Positions 56,911 to 64,000 of a DNA stretch of 64,000 bases are shown piece after piece. The notes below the pieces were generated by a model. It was not told the DNA's origin, ran no database searches, and saw only the letters and a program-made list of their open reading frames with translations. How positions within the stretch are numbered: the stretch's first letter is position 1; each line of letters opens with the position of its first letter. Origin of the DNA: Verrucomicrobiia bacterium (lineage in GTDB: Bacteria > Verrucomicrobiota > Verrucomicrobiia > Limisphaerales > UBA1319); contig OY760937.1 of NCBI GenBank assembly GCA_963664225.1, positions 4,736,001-4,800,000 of the forward strand, given 5' to 3'. Both the position numbers and the translations under genes were made by a program.

Positions 56911-56986
56911 ACGCAAGTTTCAGATTGATGGAAACGTATCCTGCCTCTAGTCTCCCTCCATCTCGGGCGCTGAATAGAGCTGTCCC

Positions 56987-57571
56987 GTGCGCCTGATGGC
57001 CAGACAAGATAAAAGTTCGACAGCGTTGTTTTTGAAGGAATTGGTGCTTCGCCCCCGCCAGTTGGGGGCTATTGCCCCCAGTTCCCGCTTTTTGGCTCAT
57101 GCCATGGCCCAATGGATCGTGCCCCAATCGGACGGTTATGTGCTTGAGTTGGGGCCGGGCACGGGCGCCGTCACTGAAGTGCTTTTGGAGCATGGGTTGC
57201 CCCAAAACCGGTTGATCGCGGTGGAAAAGTCCCCCATTTTAGCGGCACATTTGCGTGAGCGCTATCCCCAGGCAACGATCATTCATGGGGACGCCATGCA
57301 TTTGGAAGCCCTTCTCAAAGAGCATATGCCAAATGCTCTGCCGCTGCGTGTGGTTATTTCCAGTCTGCCTTTGTTGAATTTCCCGGCGGATTGCGCCGAG
57401 GCGATCACTTGCGGGATTCTGGCGGTTCTGGGCGTGAAAGGGCGATTGGTGCAGTTCAGCTACCAGATACTTCGAACGAATCCCAAACTTCTCCGGGCGT
57501 TTCACTTGGTGAACACCCGGGTGGTGTGGCGCAACCTGCCCCCCGCGCGGGTTAGTGTTTACGAGAAATAA
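56987..57571 (+). CDS. SAM-dependent methyltransferase, phospholipid N-methyltransferase (PmtA)-like
   Basis: GAIAPSS..LA..M, VLELGPGTG, ISSLP, LVQFSY, WRNLPPA.V. Confidence 0.82.
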   Translation: MRLMARQDKSSTALFLKELVLRPRQLGAIAPSSRFLAHAMAQWIVPQSDGYVLELGPGTGAVTEVLLEHGLPQNRLIAVEKSPILAAHLRERYPQATIIHGDAMHLEALLKEHMPNALPLRVVISSLPLLNFPADCAEAITCGILAVLGVKGRLVQFSYQILRTNPKLLRAFHLVNTRVVWRNLPPARVSVYEK

Positions 57572-57611
57572 CCCCGGTTTCTCGATGGGCAATGGAGCAA
57601 TGGACCCGTGC

Positions 57612-57644
57612 CAGCCGCAAACCATCCCCGGCGGCTTGCGGCTG
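57612..57644. terminator. Hairpin between convergent genes
   Basis: CAGCCGCAA...TTGCGGCTG, a 9-bp stem with no strong U-tract. Confidence 0.35.
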
Positions 57645-57654
57645 TTCGAGAAGG

Positions 57655-58248
57655 TCAACGCTTCTGGATGGGTATGAACTTGAACTTTTGTCCGCCCACG
57701 CTCGCCTCATACATCAAACCGCCCCGGGGCATGGTGAAAATCGCAATGCCTTGATCGTATTTCGCATTTGTTGCGCATCCCTCTGCCGCAGCCACTGCGG
57801 TGGCCTGGGCGCTGACGGCGTAACGACTGGCTTTGAAACCGTTGAGTGCCAGCTCGGTGTCGAAGAACACGACCTCGGAATAGACCTGGCCGCCCATTTG
57901 CAGTCCGATGGTCACTTGCGTGAGGGTGGCGGTGCCGATCAAAACTCCCTTTACATAAACCTCGCCATCGCCGTGCGCGGCGCCAATGCCCAAACCGCCT
58001 TTGGCAACGGATGGGAAAACCACGTAACCGAGGGAGCTGTCGAATAAACGTGTGAAGGCCGGATCCTGTTTTTTGAACAAGGCGATGGCATCCACCACGT
58101 TTGCATGAAGCTCATTGGCATTGGCCTGGGCGCGCGCCCGGGCGGGTCCGGCAACACACAATAGGCAGGCAATAATCGCGAAAAGGGTGGCGCGCAGCCG
58201 GAGTTGCATCGCGGGCAGGAAGGGCGAATCGGGTGTGTTTGAACTCAT
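57655..58248 (-). CDS. Secreted YSC84/SYLF lipid-binding domain protein
   Basis: GYVVFPSV.KGG.GIG...G.G, GLQMGGQ.YSE, GGLMYEASVGGQKF. Confidence 0.88.
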   Translation of the reverse strand: MSSNTPDSPFLPAMQLRLRATLFAIIACLLCVAGPARARAQANANELHANVVDAIALFKKQDPAFTRLFDSSLGYVVFPSVAKGGLGIGAAHGDGEVYVKGVLIGTATLTQVTIGLQMGGQVYSEVVFFDTELALNGFKASRYAVSAQATAVAAAEGCATNAKYDQGIAIFTMPRGGLMYEASVGGQKFKFIPIQKR

Positions 58249-58316
58249 GCTTTTATTCATTACACCAAACTAACAGGTTGCGCTGTCTAAGCAAGTCAGG
58301 GCCGCGCGGTGGTCGA

Positions 58317-58790
58317 TCACTTAATAGGCGAACTTCCGATCGGTGTGAAATTGCCCTCCTCACAGCAGCGAACGAAGCCTTCCGTCACGGATTTGAGTTC
58401 CTCCCATCGAGCGCGGATCGCGTGCGCCTCTGTTTTTGTGATATGGCTGTCGGCGGCGGCATTGGCCACCACTTCCAAAAGGTCCGCAAATTCCTGAATG
58501 ATCTCGTTGGTGGCCGGGATCAGAAAATGGGAGTGGGAATGGGTCTTTTTGGGATTGCGTATGAAAAAGCCGCCTGACTTTTCGCAAAGCCATTGGACGG
58601 GCCGGGTATCGCCGCTTAATTGGACGAGCTTATCCACACGGTCAAGCGGGTTTGAAGAACCGCTTCCAGCGCCTTCGCCCGGCGGCTCGGACCATTTGTA
58701 GAGCATGGACAGGGAGAGGCCCAATTGCCCGGCGGCCTCCTTCAAATTGGTTTTCTGAAAAACCTCGCGTAAAAGCTGATGGGATTCCAT
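58317..58790 (-). CDS. HTH transcriptional regulator, phage CII-like family
   Basis: N-terminal HTH (KEAAGQLGLSLSMLYKW), NPLDR, and a D..IT..EA..IR..WE helical C-terminus. Confidence 0.7.
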   Translation of the reverse strand: MESHQLLREVFQKTNLKEAAGQLGLSLSMLYKWSEPPGEGAGSGSSNPLDRVDKLVQLSGDTRPVQWLCEKSGGFFIRNPKKTHSHSHFLIPATNEIIQEFADLLEVVANAAADSHITKTEAHAIRARWEELKSVTEGFVRCCEEGNFTPIGSSPIK

Positions 58791-58906
58791 GTGGGGCGAG
58801 GTTAGGGGGCGAAAGCTGAAAACTCAATCCGAAAAGGAGCAGGCGGGATGTGGCGATTTGGCGTACTGCTCTTGCGAATCCAATTCCAGTCTGATATTCC
58901 ATCCGC

Positions 58907-59833
58907 ATGGCAGTTAAAAAAATGGGAAAAGTATCCGCCTCTCCCCGGGAATTTGACTTGGCGGCGTATCTGGCTGGATGCACCTCGGCGGTCAACCGGG
59001 CTTTGGACTTTTACATCCCGCGCGCCTCGGTCAAGCCTCCGACCATTCACAAGGCCATGCGCTATTCGCTCAACGCGGGCGGCAAGCGCATTCGCCCCGC
59101 GCTGGTTTTTGCCTCGGCGGAGGCTTGCGGCGGAGGCAGAGATGCCGCTCTGCCAATGGCTTGTGCCGTGGAGTGCATTCACACCTATTCGTTGATTCAT
59201 GATGATCTGCCAGCCATGGACAACGATGATTTCCGCAGAGGCAAGCCGACCAGTCATAAAGTGTTTGGCGAAGGCATTGCCATTCTGGCGGGAGACGCTT
59301 TGCTGACGCAGGCGTTTGAGATTCTGGCACAGGCCAGGGCAACCGCAAGTTACAATCACGGCGCCATGGTGCTGGAGTTGGCCCGTGGAGCGGGTTCGCG
59401 GCAACTTATAGCCGGGCAGGTGGCGGATTTGGAGGGCGAAGGCAAAAAAACATCCCGGGCACAACTGCAATACATCCATGAGTGCAAGACATCGGCGTTG
59501 CTGACAACCGCCTGTCGTCTGGGCGCCATGAGCGCGAATGCCACCACTAACCAACTCAAGGCGCTCTCTGAGTTTGGCCGCCATGTTGGACTGGCATTTC
59601 AGGTGATCGACGACATTCTCGATGTCACTCAAACCTCCGAGGCGCTCGGTAAAACCGCAGGCAAAGACGTGGCGGCGCAAAAGGCCACATATCCCTCAAT
59701 TGTGGGATTGGAAAAAGCGAGGCATATCGCGCGTGAATTGACGGATAAGGCATTCATGGCGCTCAAACCATTTGGCAAAAGTGCTACGGCGCTTGAAGGC
59801 ATTGCGACCCATCTGCTCCAACGACAAAAATGA
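58907..59833 (+). CDS. ispA: Farnesyl/geranylgeranyl diphosphate synthase
   Basis: GGKRIRP, HTYSLIHDDLPAMDNDDFRRGKP, AGDALL, GQ..D, KT, FQVIDDILD, GKTAGKD. Confidence 0.95.
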   Translation: MAVKKMGKVSASPREFDLAAYLAGCTSAVNRALDFYIPRASVKPPTIHKAMRYSLNAGGKRIRPALVFASAEACGGGRDAALPMACAVECIHTYSLIHDDLPAMDNDDFRRGKPTSHKVFGEGIAILAGDALLTQAFEILAQARATASYNHGAMVLELARGAGSRQLIAGQVADLEGEGKKTSRAQLQYIHECKTSALLTTACRLGAMSANATTNQLKALSEFGRHVGLAFQVIDDILDVTQTSEALGKTAGKDVAAQKATYPSIVGLEKARHIARELTDKAFMALKPFGKSATALEGIATHLLQRQK

Positions 59834-60165
59834 ACGATCAACCGGCTCCCAATCGGACTCCTGCTGATGTCACCAAGGGTGTGTTGTGCGCCAAATGCGA
59901 TCATTTGAATCCCGGTGGCAGCACCACTTGCGAGTATTGTCGATCCGCCTTGTTTGAACATTGCCGACATTGCGGCAAGACGGTGCGTCGGACGGCACAT
60001 CGCTGCGAATTCTGCGGCCATCATACGCGGCCAAAAGCGAGACGGCATTCCCGGCTCTGGCGGCTGGCTTTTACCGGATGGCGGCGCATCACCTTGTGGC
60101 AGGTGGCTCTTCTGGTTGTGGCGGTTTATGGCGCCTACAAAGTTGTTCTGATCTTCACGCAATAG
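59830..60165 (+). CDS. Double zinc-ribbon protein with C-terminal TM helix
   Basis: CAKC, CEYC, CRHC and CEFC, a basic stretch, then a hydrophobic tail. ATGA overlap with ispA. Confidence 0.75.
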   Translation: MNDQPAPNRTPADVTKGVLCAKCDHLNPGGSTTCEYCRSALFEHCRHCGKTVRRTAHRCEFCGHHTRPKARRHSRLWRLAFTGWRRITLWQVALLVVAVYGAYKVVLIFTQ

Positions 60166-60187
60166 AAGGGCAGAAGATGAAATCCGG

Positions 60188-60222
60188 AAGGCTGGAGCAT
60201 CAAGCGTTGCTCCGGCTTTTAT
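60188..60222 (+). terminator. Intrinsic terminator after ispA / zinc-ribbon gene
   Basis: GCTGGAGCA-N8-TGCTCCGGC followed by TTTTAT. Confidence 0.55.
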
Positions 60223-60223
60223 G

Positions 60224-61627
60224 TTATTTGGCGCCGCTTCCCCAAACGACGGCGGGGATGGTGCGAAGGAGGATTTTGCAGTCCAGCCAGATGGACCAAT
60301 TGTCGATGTATTCCAGATCGAGCCGCACCCATTCCTTGAAATCAGTCACTTCGTTGCGTCCGCTGACCTGCCACAGGCAGGTTAATCCGGGTTTGACACT
60401 CAGACGGCGCCGGTGGGCGATGTCGTCAAAACGCTTGGTTTCATCGACGGGCAGGGGACGCGGTCCCACCAGGCTCATCTCGCCGCGCAACACGTTGATT
60501 AACTGTGGAAGTTCATCGATGCTGAAGCGGCGCAGGATCCGGCCAACAGGCGTGATGCGCGGGTCGTGAGTGATTTTGAAGACCGGTCCGGACATTTCAT
60601 TCATGGCCTCCAGCTCGTGTTTGCGCTGGTCGGCATCGGTGCCCATGGAACGGAACTTATACATCTGGAAAGGTTTGCCGTTTAATCCGCTGCGCTGTTG
60701 TTTGAAGAAAATGGGGCCGGGCGAGGTGAGCTTGATCGCGATGGCTGCGATGATAAAGAAGACGGATGTCGCTGCCAGGAGACACAAGGCGCCAATCAAA
60801 TCCAGAATATGTTTGGCCACCGCTTCCCAGGATTCCTCAGGTGTGGAGCGAAATACCAGCATGGGCCGGTTGGCAAAATCATCGAGTGTGGTGCGGGAAA
60901 TCTGGGTTTTAAAAAAATCCGCCAGAAGCCAGGCCTCCACGCCCTCAAGTTCGCACAACTGAATGGCTTTTTCGATCTGGCCGAAATAAGCATGCCGGGC
61001 GTTGAGAATGACGCCGTTGGCCGAGTGCACATGGAGCAATTCGGGCAGTTTTTCGATGGGTTCGTGGTTGATATCCAACTGGTCCAGAATTTGGAGCCTC
61101 CATGGGGATTGCGCGCGGAGTTCTTCTTTTAGCCGCGTATTATCGCTGGAACTGCCCACCAGAATAAAGCGGCGCTGGACTTGGGATTTTCCCCAATCGC
61201 TTTGCAGCCACCAACGGATGATTTGCTCCTCGAGCAGGATCAATCCCGCGCTGATCAGGCCGGACAGTATGATGACCGAACGGGCCACTCCCTGCTCGCG
61301 CACCAGAAATAATCCCAAAACCATCGCCACCGTTGTCAATGTGCTCGCTTTGAATACTTGCCAGGCGCAGGCGCGGCGCGAGGAAAGTGCGGGCCGGGAA
61401 TAAAAGCCATGCCAGCCGAGTGACACCGGTCCCGCCAGCATGATGATGGGAAACAGCCAATAATAGCCGTTTATCGGAGATATGACATCCGCGCCGCCGA
61501 AGATGCGAAAGATCGGGAGGTTCCAATGCGAACGCAGGAAATGAGCCAGCCATAAGGCTGCGGCAAATAGGATGGCATCCGTCAATCGGCGGATTTGCGC
61601 GTAAACTTGTTTGCGTTGGCTCAGCAT
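60224..61627 (-). CDS. Undecaprenyl-phosphate sugar phosphotransferase (WcaJ/WbaP-like priming glycosyltransferase)
   Basis: IKLTSPGPIFFKQ.R.G.NG..F..YKFRSM, DPRIT.VG..LR..SIDELPQL.NV..GEMSLVGPRP, KPGLT.LWQVSGRN. Confidence 0.95.
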   Translation of the reverse strand: MLSQRKQVYAQIRRLTDAILFAAALWLAHFLRSHWNLPIFRIFGGADVISPINGYYWLFPIIMLAGPVSLGWHGFYSRPALSSRRACAWQVFKASTLTTVAMVLGLFLVREQGVARSVIILSGLISAGLILLEEQIIRWWLQSDWGKSQVQRRFILVGSSSDNTRLKEELRAQSPWRLQILDQLDINHEPIEKLPELLHVHSANGVILNARHAYFGQIEKAIQLCELEGVEAWLLADFFKTQISRTTLDDFANRPMLVFRSTPEESWEAVAKHILDLIGALCLLAATSVFFIIAAIAIKLTSPGPIFFKQQRSGLNGKPFQMYKFRSMGTDADQRKHELEAMNEMSGPVFKITHDPRITPVGRILRRFSIDELPQLINVLRGEMSLVGPRPLPVDETKRFDDIAHRRRLSVKPGLTCLWQVSGRNEVTDFKEWVRLDLEYIDNWSIWLDCKILLRTIPAVVWGSGAK

Positions 61628-61682
61628 TCCAGATTCCCAGTTTGCCAATTAAAAAGGAGAAACAGGCCTCTCGCAAGTCTAT

Positions 61683-62414
61683 TCATTTCCCCCGAACCCC
61701 CTCGGGCATCGGGTTGGATGCGTGAATAGTTCCCTCCGTCAGCATGTAAGAAGGCGCTGAAGCGCGGACAAAACGGCTCAACTCCGCAAACAACGCCTCC
61801 TCTTCTCCGGGCAAACAGGTGGCGAAACAGCTCACGTAAGCCCAGCGTTGCAACACTCCGGTGGTCATCAGGTCTTTGGCCATCCACCACATGCGTTGCC
61901 AATGGTTGGCTGTAAGCGCATGATCCGCCACGAACCAATAGGCATAGATGCCGCCGCGTTTAATCACCCGCCCGCCATCTCCTGTAAAGTTTTTGCCTGT
62001 GACCAGTTTCATTACCGGCAGTTTATACGGATGCGGCTGTTCTACTTCGACAGTGCTTTCGACGGAGTGTTCAATGTCCCATCCTTGAGCCCGCAGGCAA
62101 AGCTGCGGCTTGTGAATGCTGGTGCGGTCGCTGCCCATGAGCACGATCGAGACTTGAATCATGGAATTCGTGCGCCCATCGACCACTTTGTAATACATCC
62201 TTCGGGCAAAGCTGGTGTCCGCAGGCAAAGCCTTCCTCTCGATATCGGTTATTTCAGACAGTGTCGAATCGTAATCCAGCACCCGGGTCGGCAATTCCAG
62301 GCGCACCCCTGGCTGACCGAGTTGCTGGTGGGCTCTCATCCACGTTAGGAAGAGGCCGGTTCCCGCTATGAGAAGGGTCACCCCCAGAAAACAAAGGATT
62401 TTCAATCGATTCAA
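61683..62414 (-). CDS. Exosortase-associated EpsI family protein
   Basis: N-terminal TM, LP.DT....R.Y, SIVL.G.DRTSIHKP..CL.AQGW, YAYWF. TTG start overlaps the exosortase stop. Confidence 0.82.
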   Translation of the reverse strand: MNRLKILCFLGVTLLIAGTGLFLTWMRAHQQLGQPGVRLELPTRVLDYDSTLSEITDIERKALPADTSFARRMYYKVVDGRTNSMIQVSIVLMGSDRTSIHKPQLCLRAQGWDIEHSVESTVEVEQPHPYKLPVMKLVTGKNFTGDGGRVIKRGGIYAYWFVADHALTANHWQRMWWMAKDLMTTGVLQRWAYVSCFATCLPGEEEALFAELSRFVRASAPSYMLTEGTIHASNPMPEGVRGK

Positions 62415-63370
62415 GAGTGTTCCTTTTCGATCAGGGGCTGTTTTTCTTCGCGTAAATAGTATCCCAAGAGCATGATGCATCCAATGGCTATGCCAAAGGT
62501 GATAAAGCCTGCGCCATCATGCACACGCATACCCGCCTTCGATCCAAAGGCTTCAGCGGCGAGGATTACAGCCACAATCCGGACCGTGTTGCCGATCAGG
62601 GCTAGTGGCAAAGCCGCCAGAACCGTGATACCGCGTTTCCAACCGGTTTTGAAGGTTACAAAACCGTAGATGGTCGTTAACGCCAAAAGCGAGATCAGAC
62701 TGCGTATTCCGCTGCAGGCCGGAGCCACGTCGTATTCGTAAGCCCCGCGTGGATCGAATATCCTCGTGCCATCCCGAACCACATCCACACCGAGCACAAT
62801 ATGACTGAAACCGACAGAGAGGATGGTGACCAGTTGGCGCATGGGAAATGTGATGACTTCCGCCAGCGATCCCAATGGGACGGCGAAGACGAACAAGACA
62901 TAGGGAAAGAAACAGGCTTTCAACCAGGCCCGGCCCCAGACGAGTCCCATGAGAAAATACAGACCCACGAAAAACCCAACCGTGCTGATCCGGGTTTGCT
63001 GGCCGACATAGCCAATCAAATGCAGAAACAGCGCCGCAGCCACCCCGATCAGGGCGGGCGGCCATAACTGCTTTGAGACAGCGGCCAATTCGGCGCGTTT
63101 CCACCAAAACAATCCCAGAACGACCCAGGGGATCAAATTTCCGTGCCCGTCATCGGTCAGGACGCCATTATAATTGCTATAAAGCCAGCGAAACAAGGAA
63201 GGCGTGTCCACGTAACCGAAGGTGGAATTCCCATAAAAATGGAATAATGCCACCCACATCGCCGCCGACCCAAAAAATAAAGGCTTTTCAGGCAGTGTAT
63301 TCCAATATGCAACAAGATCCTGCAGAAAACCGCGTGATGCTGTTGGCGTTGTGTTTAGTTCTTCCGTCAT
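62411..63370 (-). CDS. Exosortase (EpsH family)
   Basis: HG.LIP, VAPACSGIRSL (catalytic Cys), N.VRI (Arg), HDGAG (His), multi-TM. Confidence 0.93.
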   Translation of the reverse strand: MTEELNTTPTASRGFLQDLVAYWNTLPEKPLFFGSAAMWVALFHFYGNSTFGYVDTPSLFRWLYSNYNGVLTDDGHGNLIPWVVLGLFWWKRAELAAVSKQLWPPALIGVAAALFLHLIGYVGQQTRISTVGFFVGLYFLMGLVWGRAWLKACFFPYVLFVFAVPLGSLAEVITFPMRQLVTILSVGFSHIVLGVDVVRDGTRIFDPRGAYEYDVAPACSGIRSLISLLALTTIYGFVTFKTGWKRGITVLAALPLALIGNTVRIVAVILAAEAFGSKAGMRVHDGAGFITFGIAIGCIMLLGYYLREEKQPLIEKEHS

Positions 63371-63550
63371 ATAAAACGACCAAACCATTAAGACAGCATA
63401 AAGGCCGCCATGCTCAATAAAAAAATAATGGAATCTTCGGAAAAACCTCATTTCTGAAGGAAGAGAGCCGGACTGCTCGAATGTTTGTATAAAGAAAAAT
63501 CATTACACAATGAAGAATAAAAAATAATTTCAGCCGATGATGTTATTCTT

Positions 63551-63580
63551 TTGACACTGTTTCAGAAACTATGATAACCT
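63551..63580 (+). promoter_or_regulatory. Putative sigma70 promoter with extended -10
   Basis: TTGACA-N18-TAACCT with TG immediately before the -10 spacer base, and AT-rich upstream sequence. Confidence 0.5.
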
Positions 63581-63785
63581 TGGCGGTGTGAACACCTCTC
63601 GGTCAAAATGCAGCCGAAGTGCCATAGGCTGGGGAGTGTTCTGTACTGCCAATCCTTGCAGACGCGTCCCTTTCACCAAGGGTTGTGTTTGTGAAATTCC
63701 AGGGGGTTGGCAGCTTTCCGCGCATTGGACGTCTCGCGCGGGGATTTCACACTTATCAAATTCAACCTTAACCTCAAAACATCGC

Positions 63786-64000
63786 ATGGCCGCCGAAACA
63801 ATATGCCTTACTGAGAACCTCCCCAGTCTGGAGGTGTTTCACGAAACACCGGCTTTCGCCTGGACCGAGACCGGAGAGATTCATCTGCACAACAAGGCGT
63901 GGCCTCCAGCCATCGCTCCTGTCACACGCCCCGTGGCCCTGATCGATAGCAGTCGGTCGCTATGCCATATGATCCATCTTGTCGATGAGGAAACTCCGAA
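63786..64000 (+). CDS. Partial hypothetical ORF running off the window
   Basis: MAAETICLTENLPSLEVFHETPAFAWTETGEIHLHNKAWPP... is open to the edge. No family recognised. Confidence 0.4.
   Translation, partial: MAAETICLTENLPSLEVFHETPAFAWTETGEIHLHNKAWPPAIAPVTRPVALIDSSRSLCHMIHLVDEETP

Noticed and set aside
58317..58790. Prophage remnant
   Set aside because: Only a single CII-like gene; no structural, integrase or replication genes.
63580..63652. SRP RNA, 6S RNA or ops element
   Set aside because: It lacks the SRP CAGG...GGAA...AGCA core, is too short for 6S, and has no GGCGGTAG.
1..64000. CRISPR arrays, IS elements, rRNA, defence systems
   Set aside because: No spaced direct repeats, transposase, cas or rRNA signatures seen. 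Intergenic regions are short.

Overview
A 64 kb, GC-rich bacterial chromosomal window. Gene content points to Verrucomicrobiota, probably Pedosphaera/Limisphaera-like; this is inferred, not searched. The pointers are a DUF1549/1553-DUF1501-PPC module, a CII-like regulator, an exosortase/EpsI pair and TN-rich exported proteins. A tRNA-Asn(GTT) at 45256-45330 divides the window. The left ~45 kb looks accessory. It holds CAZymes (GH16, two GH36, GH97, GH78), sugar uptake and kinase genes, a YphG-like DUF5107-TPR gene, a DUF1549/1553 operon that lacks its haem motif, and a large TPR-peptidase/DUF4159/MoxR/DUF58/BatA-vWA/DUF4175/GATase-like/caspase-like operon. The right part begins with the strongest candidate for an uncharacterised system. 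This is a co-oriented cluster of three SPFH (HflK/C-like) proteins, a His-rich P1B-type ATPase, an ABC exporter, an unknown helical protein and a PmtA-like methyltransferase, with no ftsH in the window. It is followed by ispA, a priming glycosyltransferase, EpsI and exosortase. Two apparent single-base deletions may be assembly errors, and two gene pairs look like natural fissions. I saw no CRISPR array, integrase or transposase. All family calls come from motif recognition only, and several start codons are uncertain.
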